The notes below the pieces were generated by a model. The model saw nothing but the letters and a program-made list of their open reading frames with translations. It was not told the DNA's origin and searched no databases. A stretch of DNA of 64,000 nucleotides from Podarcis liolepis (lineage: Eukaryota). Of this stretch, positions 50,648 through 63,985 are shown piece by piece. Where the stretch lies: assembly GCA_965112155.1 (NCBI GenBank), contig OZ218098.1. One strand, written 5' to 3'. Position numbers and translations under genes: made by a program. Positions within the stretch are counted from its first letter, which is position 1, and each line of letters opens with the position of its first letter.

Positions 50648-51289
50648 AGGGGTGGGATGGGAGAGACAGAAAGGGAGGGGGGCGAACTATTTGCATTTAA
50701 ACAGTTCGCTCCCAGCAGACAATGGAGATAAGGAAAAAATAACATTCAAATGGTAACGACATAAATATTTGGGAGACAGGCGCTTTGTCAACTGGGAATC
50801 GCCTGGAGGTAGCCAAGTCCACAGTTGGGTGTGTGGGTATTTTTCCCCTCCCCCCCCCCCTTCCCTCTCTCTCCTCGAAATGTGATGGAGAAAGGAAACT
50901 CTCTCTCCCCGCTGCCTGGAAAGTGCAGAGCAAATACACACTTTACTTTGTGTATTGAGGACTTTCGTGAAGGGGCCTGAAGAGTCCTTTCCCAAACACC
51001 CAAACTTCTTCCACGTGCCGTTTGTTGACTAAGTGCTGTTGTGTTTCTCTCCCCCCCCCCCACCTCTCTCTAGCAGACACTCCAAGGAGGGGGAGGAAGA
51101 GAGGAGGGAGGAGTGCTAAAATATCTCCACCGCAAGGGTCGGCGTGTGTGTGTGTGTGTGTGTTGGAGAGGGGGTTTTGCGTGTTGCTCTCACCAGATTT
51201 AGCTCACTCATGTGCGCAGGGCGATTCTCTCTCTTTCCCTCCCTCCTTCCCTCTCTTTCTCTCCTGCCAGGGAAATCAGGGGCCGAAGG

Positions 51290-51960
51290 AAAGCAAATGA
51301 CTTTGCTTCTCTGACCACACACCACCACAAGTTCATTTGTTGAATGGCGGAGTATTAAGACACACCTCAGTACACTCCAAAGCAACCCCTCCGCGCCTGC
51401 ATTTAAGGTGACACTGGCAGCACCAGTTTGAGCTCAGGGTGTTCCGATCGTTTATGGCGAGTGGTCTGGGAGGCGGGGAGTGGGGAGGGGTGGGGGAGAT
51501 GAACTTCTGCACAAAGAGGGAAGGGGAAAGGAGGAGAGAGGGAGGGGGCAGGGAGGCGACGGGGGGGGGGAGAGGAGGAAAGAAGGCAAAAAGCCCCAGA
51601 AATTCCAAGAGGCAAAAAAAGTGGGGAAGGGTTTCGGGTGGGGGTGGGTGGGACACGAACGCGCCAAGCATAAAATGAAGTCGTAGCCCCGCATACACTT
51701 GACTTCTCTTGACATGTGAAAAGTGCTAAAAGTCAGAGCTCATCAATAAAGTGGCTGGCGATTGAATGAGGGCCCTGACAACCATTGCATTCTTCAATAA
51801 AGTACAATGAGGAGACAAACGACTCTGCCAAGGAGTTTGCATGGGAGTGAAAGGACGCCTCAATAGGAGCTGGATAATGGGCTGCCAGGCCGTCATGCAC
51901 TGTCATCTCCAGCCCTGCAGAGAAGCTACCGCGGCCCCTAATAGCACAAAATGGGCTCTT
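51290..51960. promoter_or_regulatory. Candidate conserved enhancer cluster between P0 and P1
   Basis: Complex blocks at 51290-51430 and 51665-51960 with tgaca, cattg/acaatg and E-box motifs. Confidence 0.4.
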
Positions 51961-52746
51961 AAGAGACTACCGGGCGATTCCTCTCTGGGATGTGTGTGGA
52001 TCTCTCTCTCTCTTTCTGTGTCCCCCTCCCTCTCTCCCTCCTTCTTTCCTTCCTTCTTGTGCCAATTTGCCTTGATGCTGATTACCACTAATGTGTGGGG
52101 CTGCGCTTTTATGGGTCTTGCTTTCTATTTATTTTAATTTTTTTAGGGGAAAGAGAGGAGGCTGCAGCAAAGAAAGGCTGGGATTTAAAATCAGGACTTT
52201 CTCCTCGGTCCCCTCTTTTTCCAGGCCTCCGGTTCCAAAGTTTTTGGTGTCTTTTTTGCAGCAAATGGGAAAGAGTCAGAGAGAATTGCCCAGCCTAGCT
52301 GGGAGGGTTGAGACATTCTTCTGCAAACGCCACTCAGGAAGACCTCTCTCTCTCTCTCTCTCCCCTCCCTTTCTTCTTTCCTTTGCTGATCCAGATTTTT
52401 TCCCACCCGGGCATTGCCCCCCCCCCCATTTTTTATTTGTTTCTCTATCCCACATTGCAGCCCGCATCGATAACCCAGGCCACTTCAGTTTGCTGAAGGA
52501 AAGAGATCCGGTGGGTTGGACAAATCTTTTACCTCCAGTTCAGGCCTAAGGCGAGCTGCACCCCCCTCCACACTTGCTGGAAATATCCTTTTTATTTCAG
52601 TGTAATCGGAGCCGAATAACTATGATGGAAAGCTGGGGTGAAAAAGCCAACCACACGGGGACATTCTAATAGGATTCCCCTTGAAAGGTAGGTAGGAAAC
52701 TTGAGAATTCTCATAGCTGGGATGCTGCTACTAATAGAGGTGTAGG

Positions 52747-52748
<2 letters not shown>

Positions 52749-52797
<49 letters not shown>
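52749..52797. repeat. (TG)n microsatellite
   Basis: About 24 units. Confidence 0.95.
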
Positions 52798-52799
<2 letters not shown>

Positions 52800-55784
52800 T
52801 TTGGACGATTTTAGTTCTGTGTTTAAATTTATTATCCTTTCGTTTTGCCCTACTGTTATTTTTGAAGTGTCTCCAATACATTGGAACCCTGCTAATTTCT
52901 GCAAAGCCCCCGCTATCAATGGCTAAATCTTACACGGCAGTCCTGCTCCATTCAACTCCATGGGAACTTTGCTGTTGACTTCAGCGGGCGCAAGCTTTTT
53001 CAAAGTGCGCCAAAGGAGATCTTTGCAGAGAGATCAAAACGGGAAGAAAACATAGATTACCAAGCCAATGTCTCGCTTGCCTCGCGGGTTTCACCGCATA
53101 GAGTTGCCGCTGCGGGATAGTTTAGCAAAGTGTCTTGAAAAGACCCCGCTCCTTCAAGCTAGTCCTCTGCAAAGCTTTTTCTTTTCTTTTCTTCCTGTTG
53201 TCTGAAAAAACTCTCCCTCTTAAAAAAAAGATCGCAAAGAGAATAAGAATAATAACAAAAATAATCCCCGAGATCCTGGGGGTTTTTGTTTTGTTTAATG
53301 TGACTTCTAGTCTTCTGGAAATCAGACGAATCTTTTCTCTTTTTTTGTCCAACAAACATTTTTTTAATACTTTCCTCAAGTGGAAACGGGAAAAAGGCAA
53401 AACAACAGGGTAGAAAGGTGGGGAAAATAGAATAAAATGAAGAACTCATGACGCTTGTTTTTAGGGGGGACGGACACGTCCAGATCTTCAGGCAAATTTC
53501 ATTTTTACAACCATTCAATTAGCCTTCGTTTGGATTAGCACCTCCTTATATGCTGCTCCTTCAGAATAAAGAAGCCGTAATCTTGTTGCTATTTCCCCCA
53601 GGGCACAGTGGGCCTTGTGCCCCTTCCCTCTCCACCCCCTCCCGCTAGTTTTGTTTTGTTTGTTTTTTAACTGCGGGGGGGGGGAGGAAATAATAAGGGG
53701 AGGGAAACGGTGAATAATCTGACGTCATTGCAGAGATGGGAATGGAAGGAGAGAGGAAGCAAGTCTGGGAAGAAAGGAAGAAGGGGGGAGAGGAGAGAAA
53801 AAAGTGCCACAAAAGGTGAAGAAGAAAAAGATTGGGTGCCTCGCTTTGCTGCTGATTTATCAGGACGTTGGAGACGGGAGGCCGAGGGCAGGCGAGGGAG
53901 CCTCCGAAGCAAGGAAAGCAAAAGTTGAAAGGGAAGGAGGGGCCGAGGAGAGGGAGGGAGGGAGGGAGGAGGAGGAGGAAGACAGGAGCGGAGCGGAGGG
54001 CCTGCATGACAATGTGCATGTGTGAAAGAGAAAGAGGAGAGGAAGAGGACAAGGCGTGTAGAATGGGGGTGTGAGAAAGGAAAGTGGGATTTCTGCGGAG
54101 AGGCGAGAAAAGGGGAGGAGGGACAGAGCAGGGCGAAGTGAGAGTGTGCGAGTGTGCGTGTGTTTTAAAGAGCGAGGGAGAAAAGTGTAAAAATCTTGTG
54201 AGGGAAAAAACACAACTTGGGATGAGTCCTGGAGTAGAGTAAAGGAGGCGGGGCAGGGGGGGGGAATGGGGCCAGGCGCGCTTGCTTAGGAGTAAGCGCC
54301 GTGGAAAGAAGAAGCCCGCTTCGGATCCGGCTGGGAGAATCGAGATGGAAGAAGACGCGCGCGTGGGAGATCCGGGCGAGGGGAGCAGATTCTCACGTGC
54401 AGCGAGAGCGCACGTCGGCCAGGGAGCGACGCCCTTCGCCTTCGCTCAACTTGCTCTCGCAAGCAGCGTCTGGGGGCGAGCGCTGCCAGCGACAAACCCG
54501 GGAGCCTTTGAAATAGTACCTGCTCTCCAACGACCAGAGGGGGGAAAAGTCCTTGCCAAGTTGAGCCACAACTCGAAGGGCGCCATTTTAACTCTGGGTT
54601 GCTCTGTTTTGTTTTGTTTTTAAACAACAACACAAGTTTTTTTAAAAAAAAGCACGTTCTGGATTCCCCCAGGTATATACAGGTGTAAACAAAACAAAAC
54701 AAAAACAGAATAAAACACGAGAAACCCCAAACTCCTCTGCCCTGTTCCTTTTTTTTTAGTCTTTTGTCAGCAGCTTTGAACTTGAGAATTAACTTGCTTA
54801 AAGCGGCAGGCACACGATGGAGCAAGGAGGGATGCGGCCGTGGAAATGGTCGCGAGTGGGGTGGCAAACTCAAGCGTCCTTCTTGCGGGGTAAGGGATGA
54901 TTACCCCCACCAATTTTGCATGTGAAGTGGAAATGAGGAATGAGCGCGCCAGGGTAGATTGGCTGCAGGGGAAAGAAATGGCCCTTTTCTCCAGGGATTT
55001 CTCTTGACCACAGGAGGGAAAATAAGCGCTGAACGGAGAATCAAATGCATTTGATGCTCACCAGGTTGGCACCTTAGCAGCTTGCCCACCAGACCTGGAG
55101 GGACCGCCGCAACCAGAGGACTTGAGAAGCAAGGGTCCGGATCCCAAGTGGATTTCTAAGTAGACACGTGCACTCCACGTAGATTCGGAAATGTCATCGT
55201 GGATGGATGGGGCGGGGGGAAGCTTATTTACTCCCCAAAGACGCGCACCTAGGATGGCAGCTTGCGCCTTTTCTAATTTGGCAAGAACGAACACCAGACG
55301 GGCAGCAACAGCAACGAAGAGTCTTGTGGCACCTGAAAGCCAAACAGATTTATTGTGGCATAAGCTCTGTGTGGAGGGGAGCCAACGGAGTCTGATGCAC
55401 GACGTGTTTGTCTGTAAACTGAGTGCTAACTGAGGATAACACTTCCTGCCTCTGAGGAAGAGGGATCTGCACCACCAAAGCTTATGCCGCGGTCCGTCTG
55501 TTAGGCTTTATTTCGAAGGTGCCACTTCCTGTTTTTACTACAACAGAGTCTGGCTCATTCTTCTGAGCGTCTGGTGGATTCAGAGTGGATTGATCAGAAA
55601 TGTCTTGAGCAGTTACGAATACTCCTGCGGTGGGAAATAACTCTAGGGATACCGGTTTATATCTTTTCTTTTTTTGGGGGGGGCGGATGGAATGGGGAGA
55701 ATATGATTAATTCTCCCTCGCCTTATGTACCAGTGTCAGGTGCATTAGTCACTCTGCCTTTGGATTAAACTTATCTTTGCCTTG

Positions 55785-55786
<2 letters not shown>

Positions 55787-55825
<39 letters not shown>
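55787..55825. repeat. (GT)n microsatellite
   Basis: About 19 units. Confidence 0.95.
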
Positions 55826-55827
<2 letters not shown>

Positions 55828-57459
55828 GGGCACAGGTGTTCAGTAAGTGGATTCAAAATCACTCGGAAAGTTAATATTAAGATGAGAGAATTACAACTGA
55901 AAAATTATAATCCTTTGCAATTTAACCCCCCCAAAAAACCCCTTACACCCCCTTAAAAGAAACAGCAAACATCTCTACTACTTTCTCGCAGAAAGCAAAC
56001 ATATCAAGGAAATGTGACTAAATTAGATTCATTCTCCCAATACTGCCATTGATTGCAGAAGTAGGTATTTATTTGTCAGGGACAAATAATAAAAAAAATA
56101 TTCTCCCCTTCTCCGCTTCCTTAGAAACAGGAGTCGCTCAGTTCAGTGCTCCTGGATCGTCTCGTTGTATTAATATCTGGCTCGCGAACCTCCTTTTTTT
56201 AATACCCAGAAAAATGCTTAAAGTCCTCTTGTCCACTTCAGTCTCCCACTGAAGAGATACACAAACCCTGACGTGTTAGACTACAATGCGTTTGCCTCCC
56301 GGACACCGAATGCCGAGTCGGATATGGAGAAAGAGCGCTTGAAACCTCTAATGCGCCGGACATTGAGTTAAATGGAGCTTTGGCGAGTTTAGGAGCAATC
56401 TGCAAAAAGTTTGGAATCGATTTAACCTCTTTTACGTCGGGCGTTTTGCAAGAAGGCGCAACCTTTTGTGTCGAAGGATTAAAAAAAAATAAAGGCGAAG
56501 GGGAGGGGACAAGAAAAGGACTCAATTTATGGACTCTGAAAGAAAAGGCAACATCCATGTTTCCCCCCCTCCTTCATCCAGGAAAGGTTTGATATTTATC
56601 TTGGTCTGGTAGATTTTTCGAAGGGACTTGCTGGAAAAGTCTCCCCCCTTCAAAAGAAAAGCGGAAGGGGAGCGGGGACTCGCCAGCAAAGCGCATCCTG
56701 ACGGGCTTTTTAAACACTATTGATTGGGACAAGCTGTTCCAAACCCCAGTAACAGTTAATCTGCCTGTTAATCAAGGCGCTAAGGAGCTCAATGCGAGTT
56801 TTATTAGCGACTAGAGAACACAGCGGCAGAAAGGATCAAAAGACTCGCCCCCTTGATATTTGTCAAGCCAGACTCCCCCCCAAAAAATATATTTTCAATT
56901 ACAGAGCAATTCTTAGCTTATCATCGCCGCCTAACAGAAACACGCAGATGGTTTCACAAACGCTGCCAGAGAAACAACTGCAGCAAAGGCAGCGAGACCC
57001 TCAGAACTGCAGCCTCCGAAAACCCCACGCCAGACCCAGCCCGGCACTGCGCGCCTAGAAAGGAGCACTGGCTCACCTCAAAGCGAAACCAGCGTAGTTA
57101 TTTCTCTCTGTCTCCCCCGCTGCCTTTCTATTTACCACCGGAATTCGAGAGAGAGTGGAAGGCAGCACCTGAAAAGCCTATGCCAATTTAGACCATCCTT
57201 TCCTTCCTCACTTTTCTCTTTCCCCCCCTCCTGTGCCTGTTTGCGAACGAAGAACTTTGGAGTGGGTTTGCAGTCAAAACGGACGGAAAGAATTTGGTAT
57301 GTTCCTCAACACCACCTCACTCAGATTTTTTTTAATTAAAAAATATTTTAATTTTTTTTTAATAAAAAAATTATCCTGAAGGGGAAAAGTTGAATGGGGG
57401 GTGGTGGTTCTTTTTTTTTTTTTAATGGACTGGCCCGACGCTCAAGCCCGTCCCTCCCC

Positions 57460-57750
57460 TCGAGCTGAGTTTCAATTAAGGTAAAGGTGGAGAAATATTA
57501 TCCCGTCTGCGAAAATCAACATTTTGATCTTGTCATTTTTAATGCGAACCGATGGTGCTGGATGTCAACGAGATATGCGTATAAAAGACTATGTGGTCAG
57601 AGGTAATTATGTCACAGCTTTTTCTCGTCGTGACAGCTGGATAAACACAATCTCCAATAAACATCTCTAATTAGGGAGGAGGACCTGCGAGGCTGGGTGT
57701 CTGATTTATTACTCACCCAGAATGTCCATTTACCGGTGGAGATTAAAGTG
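57460..57750. promoter_or_regulatory. Candidate conserved enhancer in intron 0 (telencephalon/CNS enhancer region)
   Basis: TAATTA-TGTCA, TGACAG-CAGCTG, ataaaca (Fox) and ctaatta are clustered. Position between P0 and P1 fits known Pax6 CNS elements. Confidence 0.5.
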
Positions 57751-60047
57751 GACTCCCCCCCCTTTTTTTTGGTGCCAAAGCACCTTAAGGGATTTGGTGT
57801 AGGAGCTGAGGGGCTGGGAAGGCGAAGTCTTACAGCTTGATCCAGGAGAGTGAATGGAAAAGAGAGAGAAAGAGAGGGAGGGAAGGGAGAGCCATTATCC
57901 TACTAATCCCTTTTTTTCTAATTAAGTACAAAGAAGAAGAAGGAGAAGGAAGAATCTAAAACACAATTTACCTGCCTTGGGCTGCAATCCTAGGCGCCCT
58001 TCTATTTCCAGCTGCTTGAATTTACTCCCAAGCAACCGTGCGCGCAGGATACCGAGTTTTACTTCTCAGGAAGTGCGGTGCGGACTTCTCCCTGCGCAGC
58101 TCAAGCTCTGTTTACTCACGAGTAAGTCCAATCGGTTGAAACAGAACTTTTCCTTACAAATAATGGGTGCCTAAGATTGGAGTCTCGATTGTGCGGCTGA
58201 AGTTGCGTTTCTGAACTTAAATGCACCGTACAATTCCCCTTGCTTTCTCTTCCACTAATAAACCAACCATCCAGAGTTAAGCAAAAACAAAAAACACAAC
58301 GAGAGGCTCCACCAGGCACCAACCAGGGTATTTCTGCACACCTTTTCAGACGTTCGAGCAACCTAATGGAAAAGAAAACCATCACCACGCCGCAACCTCA
58401 AAGGAAGTTAAACGCGCGGATCCAGGAAGCAGTTCCCAAAGCAGAAAGTTTTAGAGACAGTTAACCTGACGGCAACAGATGACAGGCGCAACAGAAAAAC
58501 AGCAATCTCTTCTCTCTCTCTCTCTCTCCCTCCACCTCTTATAATACACCGACTGCATTTTATGCAGACCAGGAATACTTAGCAGTATACTTTAACATAC
58601 AGCCTAGCATTAAACACATCATATGGAAACAAATCCTATGGATTTCTAAGGGACTGCCTTGAAAACACCGACGTTTCCGGCTAAGGCCCCAAAGCTCCTT
58701 TACTCCGGAGTAAGTCTTACTGGGCCGATTTACCTGTGCTTAGAAAGGAACGTCAGTTTTAACTCCAACGGAAGACGTATCGATTTCGGCTGAAGTGGTT
58801 TGTGGATCGGGCGCGAAAAAGCGCGCTTCGCAGGTTGCCTTAGTAAAGGATTGTTTACCCCCTCCCGCTCACTCTTTCCTTGGTACAGCTTCAGTCTGGG
58901 AACAATGATCTAGCCGAGACATTACCTTGCTGGAAACGTGGGGACGCCCCAGAGTTGGTGGGTGCCCCAACGGACAGCCCCTCCCGGCTCGCCTAAGCGC
59001 AGAAGTCGCCGCGAGCAGAGCCATCCAGGACGGGGAGAGAGGGGTGTGGATATGCGCCGGTTCACAAACAGACCCCAGTTGGCAAGTGGTTACCAGGCAC
59101 GTGAGTGAACTGACCGGAGAGTGGAGCAGGACTCCAGGTCAGACTGGGGGAAGGAGAAAACAAAAAACCAGCCCCTAACTCCGCAAAACCCCGAAAGATC
59201 CACCGGACCCGAGGATCTGTCTGCGCCAAACGCCCCCGACGTCTCTGCGTTGCAGAGTCCCTTCTGAAGTGCCCAGAAGCTCAAGGCGAGCCGGGCGTGC
59301 GTAATCCGAAGCCCCTTTTCGTTCTACCTCAGTGGAAATCGTTAATTATTAGGTCTTCCCAAGGAAAGCTCAAATCACACGGTCTGGGGATTGAAAATGC
59401 TACCCAAGTATGCGAGCCGCATTCTTTCGTTCCCTTGCCTGAACTTCGGGAGCGCCCTAGCGAGGGCTAGAGGCCGTGGGCGAGGTCAAGGACCAACTTC
59501 TCCCTCCTCTCTCGACCCCCCCCCCCGCGCACCCACCCCATGCCTCTCCCCACACATCCCCAAACCGGTGGCAGCGAGCACATGAGCCGGTGTTTCCATA
59601 CAAGACGCCTCGGTTGCCCAAGCGGGGAGAGGTCAGGGCTGCTCCAAGCCTCGCGTCTGCCTAGCCACGCCAAAGCCCAACTCTCTGCCCCGCGCCCTCT
59701 TCCTTCCTCCCACCTGTTGGCACTGCGCTTTCTGTGCGCGCCCCGTCGAACCTGGCAGTTGGTCACGAGCCAGCGTGACCCCCTTTTATGCCGCTTGTAA
59801 TTAACACTCCGCACAAGGCTGGGAGAGATGGGAGGGGGGCGGAAATAAGAGTTTTAAAAAATAAATAAATAAATCCTGGGCTTGGTAATGGAAACGAGGA
59901 GGTCAGAGAGAGAGAAAGAACGGGAATGAAAGGAAGGAAGAAATCTAGACGAGGCAGAGAAGGAGAGAAACAAACGCAGCGGCAATTGTTTCAGGAGGAA
60001 TCCGGCAACTCCCCCCGACGCTTGGATAAAGAGCATCAAATGTTTAC

Positions 60048-60193
60048 CTGTTAGAGAGAGGGCAGGCAGAGGCTCATGATCCGCGGGTTCCCAATTGCGC
60101 CTCTGAGAGTCGGTAACTGGCAGGTTTGATCGCCAATTTCTACATAAGAATCTGCCACACAGTTTAAATGTCAACGACAATAAAAAAGAGGGT
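60048..60193 (-). other. PAX6: PAX6 exon 0 (P0 transcript)
   Basis: Starts ACCCTCTTTTTTATTGTCGTTGACATTTAAACT (like mammalian exon 0) and ends AACAG|gtaaac. Confidence 0.8.
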
Positions 60194-60275
60194 GCCTGGC
60201 TTTGCACTAACTTTCCCTTAATATCAGCGCCAGCGCCTCTCCTATTGGCTGGGCTGCCCCGGTGACGTCACGGCG
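60194..60275 (-). promoter_or_regulatory. PAX6: PAX6 P0 promoter
   Basis: ATATTAA TATA-like box (60224-60218), CCAAT (60248-60244) and perfect CRE TGACGTCA (60263-60270). Confidence 0.85.
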
Positions 60276-60574
60276 GACAGTAGTTAGAGCTGAGCTCATA
60301 AGAAATTTTAGACAACAAGAAGCTCACCCGGGCCGGGAGATAATTCACCTTCCCGTGACCACTGGAGGGGCTGAGAGGCGAGGCGCACGTGGACGTGGGC
60401 CAGCCATGCTGGCTTGTTCGCTCCTGCCTGCCTGCCTACCTCTATCCATCCATCCAAAAAAGAAAAAGAAATAGGTTTCATTATAGTCAGATCCCACTAC
60501 CAGACAAGGTCCTCCTGGCTGATCCATAGAAGCGACTCTACCATAATATGTGGTCTGTGGAGGACGGCCCTTGC

Positions 60575-60625
<51 letters not shown>
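60575..60625. repeat. (AAT)17 microsatellite
   Basis: Seen directly. Confidence 0.95.
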
Positions 60626-60626
<1 letters not shown>

Positions 60627-63600
60627 CTTTAAAAAAACATCACAGCGATGATTTGTGATTCTGAGTGTTCTTTTGCCTTTGTCTTCCTCTTGGATCCTCA
60701 TACTACGACTGCCCTTCCCTTCCCCCCGGTCTTTCACCCGCACAAAAGGAAGATCTTTTCTCCTTTTTCTTTCCTTCTGTGTATACAGGAAAATCCGCAG
60801 GTTTAATTATGACGCAGCATCTTCGGCACGGCGGACGCAGAGATGTCCCTGGACGTGTGTGTGTGTGTGAAGTTCTGGAGAAGAGCTACCAGGTGTAGCA
60901 GAGCCGCCGACTCTCAGTGACCGTCCAAAGTCGAAGCCTGGGTCTTTCTACCTGAGGCTCCAGATCACACACACAAAACCCCCACTCTGCCCACGGCTCA
61001 GTTATCAATAAAATCAACCTTTATCACTTGGTTCCTAGGTTTCTGTTTATGGAAGGGCTCCAGTCAGGGGGAAAATCCAATTTGTACTTTTGGATGGCTA
61101 CCTGGCTTGTAGCACTGGCGAAGAGGAGGCTTATACTGTATATTCGCACCCAAGCAACCGATGCTGCCTTCAGAGGGGTCTGGATCTAAATTTTATTTTA
61201 TAAGTGTATAAAGTTGTCCAGTTATTAAAAGTCGACCATTAAAACAAATTGGAAGAGAAATTCAAACTGCGCGTGGACTTTCACTTCGAATCACTGAACA
61301 CCTCAAACACCGAGGTGTAAGAGGTGAGTTGATATTTTGTGGAGGTTTTCTTCCAACCGCGATTCAAAAGAGGACCAGCGGATCCTGTCTATCTCTCTCT
61401 TCTCCCCTCCCCACCTTTCTCTAATCAATTTTTAAAAAGAAGGGCGTTCGTTTTAAAGTTAAGCCCCAAGTTAAGTGCCGCTTATTTCAATGAAAGAATG
61501 GCGCCCTCGCTCATCTCTCCTTCCCACAGAAATGAATGGGACCTAGAAGACCATAGCGCTGCTTTTCATTTCAGAGGGCTGACACAACCTTTACACAGAG
61601 ACCAGGCCTCATCGCACTTTTTTGACCCAGAGGGTGGTGTTAGAATAATCATCAACATCTTGCTTTAAGGCCCCTTTCTTACAACGACACCGAACATGTC
61701 CCCTTTTCCTCAAAGTTCTGGAGAAAACGAAGTTTTCTCTAGGCACCTAATAGTGTTCCCTCGTCCAGCAATGTTTTCTGAAAGGCAGGGAAGCTACCCC
61801 CTGCTCACACTTTTGAGGACACAATCCACTGGATAGTTCTCCTGAGTAAACAATGGGGGTTGGGAAGGTGAGTTATGTTCCGAAGAAACCCACGAGATTT
61901 AAGTGATGGGGGAAACGGTGGAGATCTTCTTTCCTTTGAAACCGGGGCAGAATTCTCTCTGCAGGCAACGTCAAGCAGGTAACGTGGTCTGGGATTGCGG
62001 GGGGAGGATCAGAATAGTTTTAGTCGCATAGTAACACCCCCCCACACACACACACTTGTGGGTCTCCCCTCGGCACCTTCATCCTGTCCCCTTAAAGGCA
62101 AAAACACCAGGGCGGGTGGGGGAACACACTTGTCGGAGTGAATACTTTTGTTTGTCAGGAAAGAAGCGCGCACGCCAGAAAGTCGCTGTAGCTTTGATTG
62201 AACCGCGCGTCCGTCTCTCGGGAGCTGGCAAAGGTTTCTCTGGGCTTTGTTTGCGGCGGATCCCTGAAAAGGGGGGCGTGGGGAAGAAGTCGTCCTTGAT
62301 GCACCCACACATCTAGAAATACCCGTCGGGGAGACCGCCCACCGCCGAGAAAGGGTAGCTTCTCTTTCTACGTGGTTTTCAGTAGCTGCGTTGCTCCCCA
62401 CTTCTCCTTCTTAGGGACCGTCTCCCCGTTGGTTCACTTACGGCTGCGATCCCCAGCACTCTTACCCAGGGACAAGTCCCGCTAAAACCCATTTAACGTC
62501 TGAATGAATAAATGGAGGATCGGGATGCAAACCAGATCTTGATCTAACAGGCGAGGCGAGGGAGGGCTGTCTACCACCCGCATCCCACAGCTTCGTTGAG
62601 CTCCCTGGTGCGTATACATATATGCATACGTGTGTGTGTGTGTGCATGTATATGCGCGTGCACGCGCGCACCCACCCCTGACCTAGAACTTATGCCTGAC
62701 GCTCTAAACTGCTTCAGAGCTTTGTGACACTCCTTTGGGGTTTTCTGTTAGGGATTAGTCGGGTTCCTTGTAAGGAAGTCTATCCCCCAGTGTTACATAA
62801 AGATTTCCAGACCAGAAAAAGGAATGAAGAAAGGACACGCAGCCGATCCAGCCAAAGCACCAGCAATCTGTTCCGAATGCAATGCGCTTCAGAATCGGAT
62901 CGCAGCTGCAGGGGATTTCGAATTGGCCAGCGGCGAACCCTTAGGCCTTCCTGCCAGCGCCCTGTGATGTCCAATGCACCTTTTCCCTTGTTCTTTTTGG
63001 GCTGCGGGGAGTGGTGGAAGGTGCCATCCTAAGAATCTTAGTTTGGGGGCCAATCCTGCCGAGCTGGTGGGGGTTTCTGTCCTAGTATAAAGGCCGGCGT
63101 GGAAGCTGGGCTCAGTGGTACAGGCAGCCCATGGGCCGCCAGGATCAATCCCTCGCATCCCGGGTTGATCACATATTGCTGGGACCCTTGAACATATAGA
63201 TCATGTTGGGACCGGAAGGAAGTTCGCGTGTGGGTTGGGCGAAAGTTCATTTGATGAATGCGCTTCGATTTAGGACCGGTGTAGGTGCAGGCTCACAGAA
63301 TTATACAGTTGGAAATGACCCCACGGGTCATCTAGTCCAAACCAGGCTGCAGCTTCAAGGCAAATGCGGCCGAATAGAAAGCCAACCCGTCAGGCGCGCG
63401 GAAGGCCAGCCTGGTAGTGGCGCTTCTGTTTCGGGATCAGGCTAAGAGGGCGATCCTATAGTTAGGACAAAGGCCCACGAAGCCCTTCTGGGGACTAAGG
63501 GGAACTGCCCGAACCTCTCCTCTCTCCCCAGTCTTCAAAAGGCGCGCACGTGGAAACGCCTGCGGGTCTCAGTGGAGTTCAATTCGCCGAAGAGAGAGAT

Positions 63601-63904
63601 GTTCCCGAGTAAGAGTGGAGACAGAGCGTCCTCTGGGCAGGCTACTCTGGGGTGGGGAGGGGGTTAGGAGGAAGGTCCTGCATCTTCTTCCCTTCTCACC
63701 CCCCATGACCCGCTCCCTGCCTCTTATTCCGGCCTCCTCTTCTCCCCCCCCCCCAGAAAACCAAGGCTCTCCCCGACGGCCCTGCGGCAGGTCAGGTTGG
63801 CCTAGGAGGAGCAGCAGCGCCGCCGCCGCCGCCCTGTCTCTTGAGCCGACGCGGGCAGGCAGGCAGGGAGGGAGGGAGGGAGGGAGGGAGGGAGGGAGCC
63901 GTGG

Positions 63905-63985
63905 CCAAGGGCTTGTCAGGCGAGAAAGTGTGTTTGCCTGATTGTTTGGAGTTGCTGCCATTAAGGGAGCCGGGCTCCCTGCAAC
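63905..63985. promoter_or_regulatory. Start of a candidate upstream conserved element, cut by the window edge
   Basis: ttgtca, tgtttgc (Fox), tgattg/attgtt and cattaa motifs 3.7 kb upstream of P0, the zone of known pancreas/ectoderm enhancers. Confidence 0.3.

Noticed and set aside
57325-57373. Pure A/T quasi-palindrome
   Set aside because: Symmetry is expected from alternating A and T runs, and no function is evident.
53690-59000. Antisense lncRNA (PAX6-AS1/Pax6os1-like) between P1 and P0; CRE TGACGTCA at 53720-53727
   Set aside because: Such transcripts are known in mammals, but I cannot define a start site or exons from sequence alone.
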